64,000 nucleotides of DNA from an uncultured bacterium (lineage in GTDB: Bacteria; UBP15; UBA6099; JAJRTR01), in the NCBI GenBank assembly GCA_964595945.1, contig CAZQSL010000004.1:231-64230 (forward strand), in the 5' to 3' direction. Numbering within the stretch: the stretch's first letter is position 1; each line of letters starts with the position of its first letter. The translations under genes were made by a program, and so were the position numbers. The notes beneath the pieces were generated by a model. That model was given only the letters and a program-made list of their open reading frames with translations. It was not told the origin of the DNA and did not search any database. Below are positions 48,781 through 59,698 of this stretch, in pieces.

Positions 48781-49899
48781 TCATGTATCGCTATTTCTGA
48801 CAGAGTTATGCGACAGCACAACCCTGTGCATTTCAGCCGCAATGCGGTCGAGAGATACTACAATGTCGATCAGATCCGCGTCGGTCGCGACTTTCGGCAT
48901 GCCATAAACGGCACTCGTGCGCTGATCCTGCGCCATCGTCACGCCACCAGATTTTCTGATAGCCCTTATGCCCTCTACCCCGTCACGCCCCATGCCGGTC
49001 ATGATGATGCCGAGCGCATGGCCCGGAGAGGCTTCGGCGATCGACGTGAGAAGTTCATCGCCCGATGGCCGGAAAATCACGCCGCGCGGTTCGTCATCGA
49101 GCCGGGCAACGAGTCTGCCCTTTGCCGTGCGAGCCGCTTTCAGGTGAATGCCGTCCGGCGCGAAGTATACGTGCCCGGGCAGCAGGTCCATTCCATCTTC
49201 GGCAGCCGATACCGCGATCCGGGACGTCGAAGACAGCCTGCTGATAATGCCCGGCAGGAAACCGGGGATAATGTGCTGCACGACAAGGACCGGCACCGGG
49301 AAATCCCGGTCGAGTCTTGGCACGAACTGGCTCAGCGCCGTGGGGCCGCCGGTGGATATGGCAATGCCTGCAATTTCGATTTCCGGATAATAGCCACCCA
49401 CATGTTTTACCTTTTCTTCGTCAGGCCTCTGCGTTGCAACATTTTTCAGATCATAAACCGCGCTCTTGACATCGAGGCGTGAACGCTGCTCGATAGTGGC
49501 TCCGGCATTCATAGCTATCTTGCGGCCGATACGCTGTCTGACAAGCACCGACATATCGCTGTAACCGGACGGTATATCGAGAGTATCTACAGCCCCGAGA
49601 CGCAGTCCCCGCATGATTTCATTTTCATATTTATCCCTGTCACAAGTCATGAGGATGACCGGAATGGGGTTTTGCACAAGCAGACGGCTGAGCGCGATCG
49701 TCGCGCGCGACGGCGAGTCGTCGATGTGCAGTATCACGACATCCGGCGAGTGGCGGCTGACGACGTTGATCAGAGGTTCGTCATCCCCAGGCAACAGCAG
49801 ATCATAATTGAGCTGGCGGATGATTGGCGCGACAAATCCTCTCAGATCGCTGTCTGCGATCGAAACGAGCACTTTGACCGGTGTCTGAGTGTTGAGCAT
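48781..49899 (-). CDS. cheB: Chemotaxis response regulator protein-glutamate methylesterase CheB (degenerate receiver)
   Basis: C-terminal methylesterase PVLVVQHIIPGFLPGIISRLS...GMGRDGVEGIRAIRKSGGVTMAQD. N-terminal REC-like domain with non-canonical acidic-pocket residues. Confidence 0.8.
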   Translation of the reverse strand: MLNTQTPVKVLVSIADSDLRGFVAPIIRQLNYDLLLPGDDEPLINVVSRHSPDVVILHIDDSPSRATIALSRLLVQNPIPVILMTCDRDKYENEIMRGLRLGAVDTLDIPSGYSDMSVLVRQRIGRKIAMNAGATIEQRSRLDVKSAVYDLKNVATQRPDEEKVKHVGGYYPEIEIAGIAISTGGPTALSQFVPRLDRDFPVPVLVVQHIIPGFLPGIISRLSSTSRIAVSAAEDGMDLLPGHVYFAPDGIHLKAARTAKGRLVARLDDEPRGVIFRPSGDELLTSIAEASPGHALGIIMTGMGRDGVEGIRAIRKSGGVTMAQDQRTSAVYGMPKVATDADLIDIVVSLDRIAAEMHRVVLSHNSVRNSDT

Positions 49900-50076
49900 C
49901 GAGCCATTTCCATTTGTCGGAGTTGATCAGCCGGTTCAGGGGCGGCGCGAGCCCTGCTCGGGTTGAAGATAAGCCATGCCTGATAAAATCCACAAACCAT
50001 CAGGCGACGAAAATGGCGCCTGATGGTTGGCAAGTAGACATAAATACGACTGAATCGGTTTCCCGGCGGCGGAAGA

Positions 50077-52635
50077 TCAAATTTCGTCGACGAGGGAGAG
50101 GCCTGTGGATGCAACCTTTTCGTGGCCCGGGCGAAGGTTGAACTGATCGAGCATGGATTCGAGCGTGTCGACGGTGCCGCCGAGGTGGATGGCGCGCTGG
50201 TTGACGATTTCGGACATGCTTGACGCTTCCTGCGTGATCTTGGAAACATTGTTCATTTTTTCGACGATTCTATGCGATGACTGCGATTGCAGAAGTGTCG
50301 CGTCGGTGACTTTCTGAGTGATGCCTTTCATCATTTCGACCTGATGTTTGACGCTTTCGCCCTCGTCTTTCTGCTTTTTGGTGAATTCCTGAATTTCGTG
50401 GGCGCGGACGTTGATGTTTTCCATCGCGAGTTCCATCTGGTTGGAGCCCTTGTCCTGCTCTTCGGTAGCCGAGGAAAGCTGTGTAGCGATACCGTTAAGA
50501 GTTTCGATGGCCTTGGAAATCTGATTGCCGGCCTTGCTCTGCTCGACGGTGGAGTTTTTGACCTGCTGGGAGATTTCGCTGAGGCGTGTGAATGCCTGTT
50601 TGACGCGGGAGATGCCGTCCTGCTGGTCGCGGGTGATCTTGGTGACATTTTGCGACACGTCGCGCAGGTCGCTCATCGTGGTGCGGACGTTATCGGATAT
50701 TTTAGTCTGTTTTTCGGTGGCGATGGAAATCTGCTGCATGAGTGAGCTTGTCTTGTCGACGGAATCGACGATCTCTTCGAGCGCGGTGCCTGCCTGGTCG
50801 GCGAGGTGTGTGCCCTTTTCGACTTCCTTTACGCCCTCGTCCATCGCGAGTACAGCCTTTTCGGTTTCCTTCTGGATGTTGCGGATCAGGCGTTCGATTT
50901 CCTTGGTAGCTTCGGTGGAGCGTTCGGCGAGTTTTTTGATGTGAGCGGCGACGACATTGAAGCCCCTGCCCTCTTCGCCTGCGCGTGCCGCTTCGATAGC
51001 GGCGTTGAGAGCGAGCAGATTGGTCTGGTCGGCGATATCGCGGATGACATTGATGATGTCGCCGATCTGGGCGGAAGATTCGCCGAGTTCGCGTATCTTG
51101 CGGGCCGTGTCGCTGACTGTAGCCTTGATTGATTTCATGCCTTCGATAGACTGGCTGATCGACTTGCCGCCGGATTTTGCCACGCGAGCCGTGTCGTCCG
51201 ATGACGAAAAGGCTTCCTTTGCGTCATGTGCGACTTCGGAGACTGATGAGATGAGGATGTCGATTTCGCCGACTGCGCCCTTGAGATTGAGATTCATGGA
51301 GTCGATCGAACCGGACATGTCGACTGTGGACATGAGCATTTCCTCGACGATGGATGACGCTGCGTTGACTGATTTGTCCATGTCTTTTGCCGAGAGGGAA
51401 ACCTCTTCGATGGATGCGAGCATTTGCTGTATGGTGGACGAGGTTTCCTGGACGGCTTCGGACATGGCGCTTGCGCTGTTGTTGACCTGAGCGGTCGATG
51501 CCGACATTTCGGCTATGACCGCCGTGGTGTTGGAAACCTGGCTGGTGAGTTCGGCGACGGCTTCGTTTATGCGGTAGATGGCTTCGATCATGTTGTCGAC
51601 CGACGAAGTGGTCTCGATTACCGAGGCATTCATCTCCTTTGAGTTTTCGGCGATCGAGTCGATTGCCTGAGTGAGCTGCTGGACGCTTTTCGAGGCGTCG
51701 TCGATGGAAACGTTCTGATCTCGTGTGCCATTGAGGATATACTCGCTGGATTCCTTGATTTCAGACGCGCTCTTGTTGACGCGGTTGGCGGAGACGTTGA
51801 TCTGCCCCATCATTTTGTTGAGCTTGTCACTCATGGCGGCCATGGTGTGATAGAGGTGCCCGATCTCGCTGTGTTCGCCGGCGATGTAGTTGGGGATGAA
51901 GGGGGGCTTTTGCGTAAGGTCGCCCTCCGAGAGTTTGAGAGCGATTTCCACACACTGTTCGAGTCCCTGCCCCATGTGTTTGGTGATGAGGCCGATGATG
52001 ATGAATGTGAATACTATGACACTGATGATGACAGTGCAGGTGATGATGGTGATTTTGAGGCTTGCTTCGAGGATTTCGTTGGCGAGTCCCTTTTCGTCGA
52101 CCTTGTTGTTTTTTGTAATGGCGTTGAGTTCTTTTGCGATCCGCTCGTCAAGAGTGTTGGAGAAAACCCTGTCGGTGGAGAGAGAGACGGCGCTGTCGTT
52201 GTCGCCGTCGCTTTTGGCTTTCTGGATTTTGAGATAAATGGCTTTGTATTTGTTGAAGCTGTCGAGAGCGTTCTGGGAGTGAGTCTTGTCGTCGGAAGTC
52301 GGCATTGCGGTATCATTGAGCTGCTTGAGCGCTTTGCCGGTTTCTTCAAGGGCAAGATCGTACTCGGCCGACACATCGGCCGGCATGCCGAGGAATTGCG
52401 ACAGCGAGGTATCTATCGACATGAGGTACTGGGCGTGTTTCCCCTTGAGGTTGTCGATCGAGCGAAGGGCGTTGTTGGCCTTGTTCGAGATAATGCTTTT
52501 TGAGAGTTTTTCGGTGATGCTTGTGAGAGTTTTGTGATTGAGCGCGCCGCCCGCCGCCACAAAAAGACACACGGCCGCGATCAGTCCGACGAAAGCCTTG
52601 ATCATTTTTTTTCTGATGCAATGTTTTGATTCCAT
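50077..52635 (-). CDS. Methyl-accepting chemotaxis protein (two TM, periplasmic helical sensor, HAMP, long MCP signalling domain)
   Basis: Highly conserved signalling tip [36 protein letters not shown] helices at the N-terminus and near aa 200. Confidence 0.9.
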   Translation of the reverse strand: MESKHCIRKKMIKAFVGLIAAVCLFVAAGGALNHKTLTSITEKLSKSIISNKANNALRSIDNLKGKHAQYLMSIDTSLSQFLGMPADVSAEYDLALEETGKALKQLNDTAMPTSDDKTHSQNALDSFNKYKAIYLKIQKAKSDGDNDSAVSLSTDRVFSNTLDERIAKELNAITKNNKVDEKGLANEILEASLKITIITCTVIISVIVFTFIIIGLITKHMGQGLEQCVEIALKLSEGDLTQKPPFIPNYIAGEHSEIGHLYHTMAAMSDKLNKMMGQINVSANRVNKSASEIKESSEYILNGTRDQNVSIDDASKSVQQLTQAIDSIAENSKEMNASVIETTSSVDNMIEAIYRINEAVAELTSQVSNTTAVIAEMSASTAQVNNSASAMSEAVQETSSTIQQMLASIEEVSLSAKDMDKSVNAASSIVEEMLMSTVDMSGSIDSMNLNLKGAVGEIDILISSVSEVAHDAKEAFSSSDDTARVAKSGGKSISQSIEGMKSIKATVSDTARKIRELGESSAQIGDIINVIRDIADQTNLLALNAAIEAARAGEEGRGFNVVAAHIKKLAERSTEATKEIERLIRNIQKETEKAVLAMDEGVKEVEKGTHLADQAGTALEEIVDSVDKTSSLMQQISIATEKQTKISDNVRTTMSDLRDVSQNVTKITRDQQDGISRVKQAFTRLSEISQQVKNSTVEQSKAGNQISKAIETLNGIATQLSSATEEQDKGSNQMELAMENINVRAHEIQEFTKKQKDEGESVKHQVEMMKGITQKVTDATLLQSQSSHRIVEKMNNVSKITQEASSMSEIVNQRAIHLGGTVDTLESMLDQFNLRPGHEKVASTGLSLVDEI

Positions 52636-52657
52636 ATTTATCTGCCTCCCTGTGTGA

Positions 52658-53185
52658 TCAGGAATATTTGCTGATCATTTCCTGCGCTATCTGAATGATT
52701 TTCACCGTATCCGCGAGAATTATAACATGATGCTCCGTGCGATAGACACCCATGACATATTCGATGCCGAGTCCTGAAAGCGATGGCAGCTGGGTCTGGA
52801 GTTCGGCGAAATCCATGTCGAGGACTTCTCGCACGTCATCCACAAGGATACCCACCTTGAGCATGGCAAGCTCCCGGACTTCGAGCACTATCACCCTTTG
52901 TTTCGCACTGTTGACATCTGGCAACTGAAACATTTCGCGCAGGTCGATTATCGGTATGATATTGCCGCGCAGATTGATGACTCCCTGCACAAACCGCGGC
53001 GTGTTGGGGACTGGCGTGACTGCGAATTCGTCGAGTACCGTCTGCACGTCTTCCACCTTGATGGCATATTCTTCCGAACCGAGCTTGAACCACAGCACGC
53101 TCTGCAGATTGAACCGCATGTCGATCTGCTGGTCATCCTGCGTCGTGAGCGAATTGAAAAATGATTCGAGTTCGGTCTGTTTCAT
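52658..53185 (-). CDS. cheW: Chemotaxis coupling protein CheW
   Basis: CheW fold motifs [13 protein letters not shown] and [15 protein letters not shown]. Confidence 0.85.
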   Translation of the reverse strand: MKQTELESFFNSLTTQDDQQIDMRFNLQSVLWFKLGSEEYAIKVEDVQTVLDEFAVTPVPNTPRFVQGVINLRGNIIPIIDLREMFQLPDVNSAKQRVIVLEVRELAMLKVGILVDDVREVLDMDFAELQTQLPSLSGLGIEYVMGVYRTEHHVIILADTVKIIQIAQEMISKYS

Positions 53186-53190
53186 ATAGC

Positions 53191-56100
53191 TCAGTATAAC
53201 CTCGTGTGTTTTTCGATGGCGGCCCGCAGGTCGTCTTCGGTAAACGGCTTGGCGAGAAATTCGTTGATGCCGACATCGTAGGCCCTGTTGCGGTCGGCGT
53301 TGCGGATATCCGATGTGACCATGACGACAGGTATGCGCCTCGTCTCGGGCATGGAGCGCACCTTGAGGGTGAATTCGTAGCCGTCCATGCGCGGCATGTT
53401 TATGTCAGTGACGATGACATCGAACTTGCGTTCGGAAAGCCTGTTGAGCGCCTGCATGCCCGACGAGGCGAGCTCGACGGTATAGCCGATACGCTCGAGC
53501 ATTTCACGCTGCGCGATACGTCCCGAAAGCGAATCATCGACAAGCAGTACCGCGATCTGGTTCTTGGCCGTCGTGCGATCGTGCATCGACAGATCGGCGC
53601 GCTTCTGGAGATAGGGGATGGACTGCATGATGGTCGCGACATCGAGGATCATCGCGATAGAGCCATCGCCAAAAATCGTCGCGCCGGTGATATGTTTCAC
53701 ATCACCGAGGAAAGCGCCGAGCGACTTGATGACGACCTGCTGCTTTTCGAGCACTTCGTCGACGATGAGCCCTATTTTCTTGTCGCCGGTGCCGAATATG
53801 ACAACGGGGAATGTATTCTGGAGCGAGCCTTCCGGCAGATCGTAAATATCACGCAGATGCACGAGCGGCAGCACGAGGTCCTGATATTTGAAAACCTGCT
53901 TGCCCTCGACACGGTAGATGTCAGAGCGCGTAAGCTGGACAGTGAGTTCGATGGGGTCCATCGGTATGACGAATTTCTGATCAGAGCACTTCACTATCAT
54001 CGCCTGGATGATGGCGAGCGTAAGGGGCAGCCTGAGCTTGAACTTAGTCCCGCGGCCCACCCTGGAGTCGAGTTCCACCGTGCCCTTGAGCTTGGTGATG
54101 GAAGATTTCACGACATCCATGCCAACGCCGCGGCCAGACAGGTCAGACACTTTTTCGGCCGTGCTGAAGCCGGGTATAAATATCAGATTGAGCGCCTCGC
54201 GCAAATCCATCTGATCGGATTCCTCTTTGGAAATGAGGCGTTTTTCCATCGCCTTGCGTTTGACCTTTTCGGGATCGATGCCACGGCCATCGTCCTCGAC
54301 TTCGATGACAACGGAATTACCTTCGTGATATGCTCGCGCCCAGATAGTGCCAGTTGGGTCTTTGCCATGAGTGCGGCGGTCGGCCTCGGTTTCGACTCCA
54401 TGATCGACGGAATTCCTGATGATGTGGAGGAGCGGGTCTTCGATTTCTTCGATCAGCGTCTTGTCGAGTTCCGTGTCTTCGCCCTCGATTTTGAAGTTGA
54501 TACGCTTGCCGAGATTTTTGGCGATGTCGCGCACCCGGCGGGGGAATTTGCTGAAGACGCCGGAAATTGGCAGCATCCGCAGCTTCATCGTCTCATCCTG
54601 AAGTTCTTCGATCATGCGGCTGATATTGACGGAGTCGGTGAGAAATTCCGAGAACAGGAGATCGAATTCCGACTTCAGGCCGGAAGTGGTGGAAAGCACA
54701 TTGAGCATTATCCGCTCTTTGGCAAGCTCCATGTCGAAGAGTTTTAGCGTGTTTTCGCGAATGGTGTGAAGCTCGCGGAAACTCTGCATCGAAATGGGAT
54801 CGTCGCTCACCGCGCGGTCAATGCCCAGCGCGGCAAAAGGCGCCATGAGGTCGTCGAGAGAAATGGCGTCTCCTGCAAATCCTTCGGTCTTTGCCGAAAA
54901 CTTGATCGTATCGAGCAGTTCGCCGAGCTGGTTGACACCTGATTTGAGCCGTTTGATTTCCTGTTCGAGTTTGTTGTTGCTGATGACAAGTTCCGCAATG
55001 AGATCGACGAGGATATCGAGTTTGCCCGTGTCGACGCGCACCGTTGTATCGGACTCGCGCCCCGAGGTTTTTTTTCCGGGGACAGGTGGTGTTTTCCTCG
55101 CAGCCGCAGGCGGCGGGGACACGGACGCATCAGCGGCAGAGGGTTGGCCCGGCTCATCTTTCGGCTTCGATTCGGACGCCGGCGTCATGAGGTCGATAAG
55201 GCCCGTCGTGATGCCGCCGACTTTCGTGAGGAATTTATGCTTTGACTTTATCTCTTCGAGATTTTTCTTGGTTTCATAGACCAGCCAGAAACGGTAGAGG
55301 GCATCCGTAGCGACCGCGCCGCCTCCATCGATGAGGATAAAGGCGGCAATTATGGCTCCGTCTTCGCACATGGGACGGAAAAACTCGCTCATCGACGCGA
55401 GATCGCTGAGTTCGTTTTTTTTGAATTCCATGCGGAAAGTGAAAACATTGTTTGAGTCGATCAGCGCTTTGGCGACACTTCGTTTTTCGAACGGACGGAA
55501 ATGACGCCGGATATCGTCGGGGATGACAAGATGCTCGAAAATGCCCTCGGCGGAATCAATGGTGATGTAATCCCTGTCGCGGCGAACGGGAGCGATAAGC
55601 TCGTTGATTTTTTTCAGTGCGGAAGTGACGTCGGGAGCAGACTCCGGCGGACGCCCGGCCGTCTTGGTGTCGATTATCGCCTTGATGTGCGCCGTCGCCT
55701 TGAATATGACGTCGAGCGTGTCGAGGTCCCTGGTGACCTTGCCCGCCTTGACACCTTCCTTGAGGATGAGGAGCCATGCGAGGATTTCGTTGATGACGGG
55801 TTCGCCATAGCAGACGAGCGAACGTTGCAGATAAGATATGGATGAAAAAATCTTCGAGTAAAAATCGTCATTGTCCGCGTTTTCATCGGCGACGATATAC
55901 TTGCCGTCGATCTCGGTGAATATGGAAAAGGGGCGTTCGAGGCAAGCGATCATCTTTTCCTTGGCAATTTCGAACATATCCGACCGCGTGAGATGAGTCG
56001 AAACCTCCGAAGCCCGTGCGGGAGGGGCAGTCGGCGGAGCCGGGCTGGATTTGAGCGTGTCAGACTTGGACGCTACGGGAGGCTCCGGCTCTGATGCTGC

Positions 56101-56466
56101 CGCCGTGGCTGCCCCGGCGCCTATCGTGCCATAAGAGCCTGACTCTATCTGGTGGACAAGTGTCTTGATAGCATCGGCGCGGGTGAAAATCTGATCGAGA
56201 TGCACGTGATTGACATTGGGCAATTCTTTCTTGAACTCATCGAGCACATCTTCTATGGCATGCGAAATCTCGGCGATCTCGTTATATTCGAGCATGGCCG
56301 AAGAACCCTTGAGCGTATGGACGGTGCGTGAGATTCGTTTGAGCAGTTCTTCGTCGATGTCGCCCTGTTCGAGCGCGACCAGGTCCTGATCGAGCGTGTC
56401 GAGATATTCCCTGCATTCATCAAGGAAGAGTTTGATGGTTTTTGCATTTTTGAATGATTTTGCCAT
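53191..56466 (-). CDS. cheA: Chemotaxis histidine kinase CheA with a C-terminal receiver domain (CheA-REC hybrid)
   Basis: Hpt HTLKGSSAM. Large linker. HATPase_c DDGRGID...GRGVGMDVV. CheW-like domain. C-terminal REC IAVLLVDDS...IVTDINMPRMDGYEF. Confidence 0.9.
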   Translation of the reverse strand: MAKSFKNAKTIKLFLDECREYLDTLDQDLVALEQGDIDEELLKRISRTVHTLKGSSAMLEYNEIAEISHAIEDVLDEFKKELPNVNHVHLDQIFTRADAIKTLVHQIESGSYGTIGAGAATAAASEPEPPVASKSDTLKSSPAPPTAPPARASEVSTHLTRSDMFEIAKEKMIACLERPFSIFTEIDGKYIVADENADNDDFYSKIFSSISYLQRSLVCYGEPVINEILAWLLILKEGVKAGKVTRDLDTLDVIFKATAHIKAIIDTKTAGRPPESAPDVTSALKKINELIAPVRRDRDYITIDSAEGIFEHLVIPDDIRRHFRPFEKRSVAKALIDSNNVFTFRMEFKKNELSDLASMSEFFRPMCEDGAIIAAFILIDGGGAVATDALYRFWLVYETKKNLEEIKSKHKFLTKVGGITTGLIDLMTPASESKPKDEPGQPSAADASVSPPPAAARKTPPVPGKKTSGRESDTTVRVDTGKLDILVDLIAELVISNNKLEQEIKRLKSGVNQLGELLDTIKFSAKTEGFAGDAISLDDLMAPFAALGIDRAVSDDPISMQSFRELHTIRENTLKLFDMELAKERIMLNVLSTTSGLKSEFDLLFSEFLTDSVNISRMIEELQDETMKLRMLPISGVFSKFPRRVRDIAKNLGKRINFKIEGEDTELDKTLIEEIEDPLLHIIRNSVDHGVETEADRRTHGKDPTGTIWARAYHEGNSVVIEVEDDGRGIDPEKVKRKAMEKRLISKEESDQMDLREALNLIFIPGFSTAEKVSDLSGRGVGMDVVKSSITKLKGTVELDSRVGRGTKFKLRLPLTLAIIQAMIVKCSDQKFVIPMDPIELTVQLTRSDIYRVEGKQVFKYQDLVLPLVHLRDIYDLPEGSLQNTFPVVIFGTGDKKIGLIVDEVLEKQQVVIKSLGAFLGDVKHITGATIFGDGSIAMILDVATIMQSIPYLQKRADLSMHDRTTAKNQIAVLLVDDSLSGRIAQREMLERIGYTVELASSGMQALNRLSERKFDVIVTDINMPRMDGYEFTLKVRSMPETRRIPVVMVTSDIRNADRNRAYDVGINEFLAKPFTEDDLRAAIEKHTRLY

Positions 56467-56472
56467 CAGTCC

Positions 56473-57300
56473 TTACCTTGGGATTTTCTGGAAGGCCACC
56501 GAGTCCTTGAGTGTCAGCATTCTGAATCCGTCAGCGAGTCCGCGGATCGATTCGGTGGGTCCGAGAAAAAGGTATCCTCCATCATTCAGTGAGTCATGGA
56601 ATTTCGCGAGTATTTCCATTTTCGACTCATCCTTGAAGTAGATAAGTACGTTTCTGCAAAAGATTATGTCGAAGCCGTTTTCATAGTAGGCGTCGATCAG
56701 ATTCGCATAGTCAAATTCTACAAGCTTTTTTACAGCATTGCTAATAATATATCTTTCATCTTTTTTCATGAAATACTTTTCCAGATAATCCTGGGGCAGT
56801 TTGTCGACCGAACGTCTGTTGTACACGCCCGTCTGAGCCTTTGTGAGGACTTCGGTAGAGATGTCGGTGGCATAGATTGACAGGTCCCATATTGCATGGA
56901 AGCGCACCTCTTCGAGCATGCACATGGCGAGCGTGTAAGGCTCTTCGCCGGTGGAACAGCCCGCGCTCCATATCCGGATGCGTCGGTCGCCGGCGGCGAT
57001 TTTTTCCTCGACGATCCTGGGGATGATGATATTTCTGAAACTCTCGACTTGCGACTCGCAACGATAGAAGTATGTTTCGTTGGTGGTGACGATGTTGATG
57101 AGTGTTTCGAGTTCGGCGCGGTCATCCGACGATCCGATGCGTATGAAGTATAGATCGGGGTCTTCGGTGGCTGTTTCCTTGAGACGGGTCTGTATGCGGT
57201 TCGAGAGGATGGTGAGTTTAGAGTCGTTAAACCACAGGCCACTCTCCCTGAATATGAGGTCGCGGAATTTTACGAGTTGTTGCTGCGTAATGAATGACAT
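56473..57300 (-). CDS. cheR: Chemotaxis protein methyltransferase CheR
   Basis: N-terminal CheR_N helix bundle and SAM-binding RIWSAGCSTGEEPYTLAM. Confidence 0.9.
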   Translation of the reverse strand: MSFITQQQLVKFRDLIFRESGLWFNDSKLTILSNRIQTRLKETATEDPDLYFIRIGSSDDRAELETLINIVTTNETYFYRCESQVESFRNIIIPRIVEEKIAAGDRRIRIWSAGCSTGEEPYTLAMCMLEEVRFHAIWDLSIYATDISTEVLTKAQTGVYNRRSVDKLPQDYLEKYFMKKDERYIISNAVKKLVEFDYANLIDAYYENGFDIIFCRNVLIYFKDESKMEILAKFHDSLNDGGYLFLGPTESIRGLADGFRMLTLKDSVAFQKIPR

Positions 57301-57379
57301 TTTTCACTCGACCGCCCTGATGTGTCTCGCGTGCCTGCAAAACGGCAGCCGGCGGACGCCGGATCGGCCTTTTCGGAAA

Positions 57380-57748
57380 TTAGATGAATCTCTTCATGGC
57401 TTCCTTGATTTTCGCGTAGTTGAATGGTTTCGTGAGAAATTCATCGGAGCCGGCCTTGAGTCCCCAGATTCTGTCTGGTTCCGATGACTTGGCGGTGAGC
57501 ATCACGATGGGGATACTGCGGTAGTTGGGGTCGCGTTTGAGGAGTTTGCAGAGCTGGTAGCCATTCATTCTCGGCATGTCGATATCGAGGATGATCATGT
57601 TGACTTGCTGAAGTTTGAGAACGTCAAGTGCTTCGAGTCCGTCATAGGCGACGCATACGTTGTAGCCATCGGATACAAGCGCGTCGCGTACGGCTTCGAC
57701 GACGACGTGGCTGTCGTCCACAACAAGGATTGTTGGGGCGTCGGTCAT
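57380..57748 (-). CDS. cheY: CheY-like single-domain response regulator
   Basis: ILVVDDSHVV...MIILDIDMPRMNGYQL...IVMLTAK. Confidence 0.85.
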   Translation of the reverse strand: MTDAPTILVVDDSHVVVEAVRDALVSDGYNVCVAYDGLEALDVLKLQQVNMIILDIDMPRMNGYQLCKLLKRDPNYRSIPIVMLTAKSSEPDRIWGLKAGSDEFLTKPFNYAKIKEAMKRFI

Positions 57749-59248
57749 TTAGCTATCGTTCCCTTCGGGACTGTAGAGGCAGACCATATTCTTGCCTTTT
57801 TTCTTTGCTCTGTACAGGGCTTCGTCGGCTTTGGCTATCATGTCGAGTCTCGTGACAATATCGTCGTCGGGATAGCCCGCCACGCCGAAACTGGCCCGTA
57901 CTTCGAGATTGCCGATCTGTTTGCATTTGAATTTGTGGGTGGCAATCGAGTTGCGCATGCGTTCGGCCACGACAAGCGCGCTCTTTTTGGGTGTCTCGGG
58001 CAATACTGCGGCAAATTCTTCGCCACCGTATCTTGCGACGAGGTCGATGTCGCGTACGCTCTTTTTCAGTATCGACGCGACTCCCTTCAGCACTGCATCA
58101 CCCTGTTGATGCCCGTAATTGTCATTCACCAGTTTGAAATTGTCAATGTCGAGCAATATGACGGAAAGAGACAGGTTGAAGCGTTTCGTGCGGCTGTATT
58201 CCTTTTCGAGCTGTTCCTGGAAATATCTGTGATTGTAGACTCCCGTGAGGCCGTCGGCGACGGCGAAACGTTTGATGGTCTCGAACATTCTGACGTTGTC
58301 GATGACGAGCGATGCGGGATTGGCCACGATGGAAAAGGTGTCGATTTCGTCCTGTTTGAAGTGCCCCTTTTTGCCGCGAGAGAGGGTAATCATGCCAAAT
58401 AGTTCGCCGTTTGATTCGAGGACGTGATTGAATATCCCGTGGGGTTTGTCGGCGCCGTTGTCCTTGAGCATGTTGTGCTCGGGGTCCTGCAGGTCGACGT
58501 CGACGCTGTCGAATTCGTAATTGGGGTCCTTGAGGCGCGTGCGGTACTCCTGCATCATGACGCGTTTCGTGCGGATGAAAAAGTCTCGTGTGATCGGGCG
58601 GTTGACCGATACGAACATTCTCATGCGGTCTTCTTCGGCGATCATGAAAGTAGCGAGGTCGAAGTCGATGATGGATGCGAATATTTCGGACATCAGGCGG
58701 CATACGGTGGAAAGGTCGCGCGCGCTGCCTTCGGGTGTGTTTGCTATGTTGAGGATACGGTTGATCGTCGTGACTCTGAAGAGCTGGGCTTCCTGCAGTT
58801 CGCCCGCCTTGAAGATGATGTCTTCTTCGTTGTCGACCTTGATGTCAAGAGTTTCGCGGCCGTCGTCGACGGGATTGTCTACGGCGACTCTCTCCATCGT
58901 TTCGGTAAGGGTGCGCAGCAGGGTGTCGGGATCGAACGGTTTGGTGATATAGGAGTTGGCACCTGTCTGCAAGCCCCACGATTTGTCCTTCCTGGTATCG
59001 CGTGCCGTGAGCATGATGATAGGCAGCGAGCGGAATGACGTATCGTTGCGCAGCATACGGCATACCTGCAAGCCGCTCAGGTTGGGCATATCGATGTCGA
59101 GGAAGAGCAGGTCGAACTTCTTTTTTTTGAGGATATCAAGACACTCGATGCCATTGGATACCGTGGAGACGCTATATCCTCCGGTAACGAGTATATCTTC
59201 CAGAAAACTCCTGATGACCTGACTGTCGTCACAGACCAGAATATTCAT
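57749..59248 (-). CDS. Response regulator-GAF-GGDEF diguanylate cyclase; first gene of the chemotaxis operon
   Basis: N-terminal REC (ILVCDDSQVI...LLFLDIDMPNLSG), a central GAF-like region, and a C-terminal GGDEF with intact RYGGEEF and an RxxD-like site. Confidence 0.85.
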   Translation of the reverse strand: MNILVCDDSQVIRSFLEDILVTGGYSVSTVSNGIECLDILKKKKFDLLFLDIDMPNLSGLQVCRMLRNDTSFRSLPIIMLTARDTRKDKSWGLQTGANSYITKPFDPDTLLRTLTETMERVAVDNPVDDGRETLDIKVDNEEDIIFKAGELQEAQLFRVTTINRILNIANTPEGSARDLSTVCRLMSEIFASIIDFDLATFMIAEEDRMRMFVSVNRPITRDFFIRTKRVMMQEYRTRLKDPNYEFDSVDVDLQDPEHNMLKDNGADKPHGIFNHVLESNGELFGMITLSRGKKGHFKQDEIDTFSIVANPASLVIDNVRMFETIKRFAVADGLTGVYNHRYFQEQLEKEYSRTKRFNLSLSVILLDIDNFKLVNDNYGHQQGDAVLKGVASILKKSVRDIDLVARYGGEEFAAVLPETPKKSALVVAERMRNSIATHKFKCKQIGNLEVRASFGVAGYPDDDIVTRLDMIAKADEALYRAKKKGKNMVCLYSPEGNDS

Positions 59249-59361
59249 AATATGACGATTATCCCCATATACCGATGGACATGCCGCAAAACACCCGGCA
59301 CAGCCCAGCGCTGCCTTATTATCTACTTTCCTTTTTCAGACAATTCTAAACAGGCATTGTA

Positions 59362-59390
59362 ATGATATTATCAGCCCTGAATAAATTCAA
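59362..59390 (-). promoter_or_regulatory. Possible sigma70 promoter (TTGAAT-N17-TATCAT) for the chemotaxis operon
   Basis: Minus strand reads TTGAATTTATTCAGGGCTGATAATATCAT ~115 nt upstream of the REC-GGDEF start. Confidence 0.3.
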
Positions 59391-59424
59391 CAGTTGGCAC
59401 AACACCATGCGGACCTCGCTGCCG

Positions 59425-59673
59425 TCACTCTCTGTCCTGTTTCATGCCGCCGCCGCAAAACGGGCAGTAGAACTCGTATTCCCTGACGGGTTTGCCACAA
59501 GTGGGACATTCGACGGTCGCTATGCCACGGTCTTTCTTCGCCGGTGCGCTCTCCCGCGCGGCCGAATTTTTCTGGGTGCGCGATTCGATTATGGCGCGGC
59601 CAGCCTTGTAGCCGAGGGCGCTGAGTACTGCCGCTCCGAGACTGTATCCGACTATTTTCCTGTTGATAGCCAC
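59425..59673 (-). CDS. Small (82 aa) protein with a hydrophobic N-terminal segment and a C-terminal CX2C...CX2C zinc ribbon
   Basis: GTG start with AAGGAG 9 nt upstream. IVGYSLGAAVLSALGY hydrophobic stretch. CPTCGKPVREYEFYCPFCGG. Confidence 0.4.
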   Translation of the reverse strand: MAINRKIVGYSLGAAVLSALGYKAGRAIIESRTQKNSAARESAPAKKDRGIATVECPTCGKPVREYEFYCPFCGGGMKQDRE

Positions 59674-59698
59674 TTTGACATTCTCCTTACAAGTGATA

